A program made the translations under genes and the position numbers. A stretch of 64,000 bases of DNA, taken from the NCBI GenBank assembly GCA_951406725.2, contig OX597815.1, positions 187,736,001 through 187,800,000 of the forward strand, given 5' to 3'. Each line of letters starts with the position of its first letter. Positions within the stretch are counted from its first letter, which is position 1. Under the pieces are notes generated by a model. That model was given only the letters and a program-made list of their open reading frames with translations, had not been told where the DNA came from and did not search any database. Below, one piece after another: positions 63,604-64,000 of this stretch. Origin of the DNA: Octopus vulgaris. Its lineage: Eukaryota.

Positions 63604-64000
63604 CTAGCAGGAATAACCTAAACATAATCTCTTCCAGATTCCCATTAAAGTGGTAATGAATAACACACGTAGAAAAAGAAGATAGAATACTAAAAATAGA
63701 CAACCAATCACGTTGCACCTTTATAGCTGAGTGTGTTTATGATTCATTGTTAATGGTATCCCACCTAGATGTTCGATTTTGTTTTCAATTGAAAAAAGAA
63801 AATAGATTTTTTGCCTTGAAACAAGCATGTGGTGAACCCAGCACTTTGTCCGGTAAATGAACAAAGCCCAGACTCTTTGTAATTGAGGAAACAGTTGATG
63901 ACATTTAATTTTTTGGATGAAGAGTTTACCCTTACACAGAGAATGAGATTGATTCAGAAAATAAAACTGTTGAAAGTGATGAGAAAAGTAGCAAATCAGA

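Noticed and set aside
63750-64000. Acidic stretch resembling a piggyBac transposase N-terminus
   Set aside because: Too short, cut by the window edge, and no TIR identified.

Overview
AT-rich, microsatellite-dense eukaryotic DNA. The SINE families and repeat landscape suggest an octopus/coleoid cephalopod intron or intergenic region (inferred, not database-confirmed). No intact host gene is supported. Almost all ORFs in the track are translations of (TA)n/(CA)n/(CTT)n repeats or SINEs. Real coding remnants are transposon relics: a CR1-group LINE RT (14.5-16.0 kb), a full-length dead mariner (33988-35818), an internally deleted Gypsy element (39.2-42.4 kb), and fragments of RTE, R4-like and DD37D elements. 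There are about 45 SINE copies in five families, several MITEs and a Helitron. The most notable signal is several sequence-unrelated short modules sitting in (TA)n or (CA)n tracts that carry type-I hammerhead ribozyme folds. One is a palindrome with a hammerhead on each strand (25.5-25.7 kb). These fit Penelope-like pseudo-LTR or retrozyme remnants. A second signal is a covarying 3' stem-loop shared by the CR1 LINE and the dominant SINE. All folds and translations were read by eye, and coordinates of degenerate copies are approximate.
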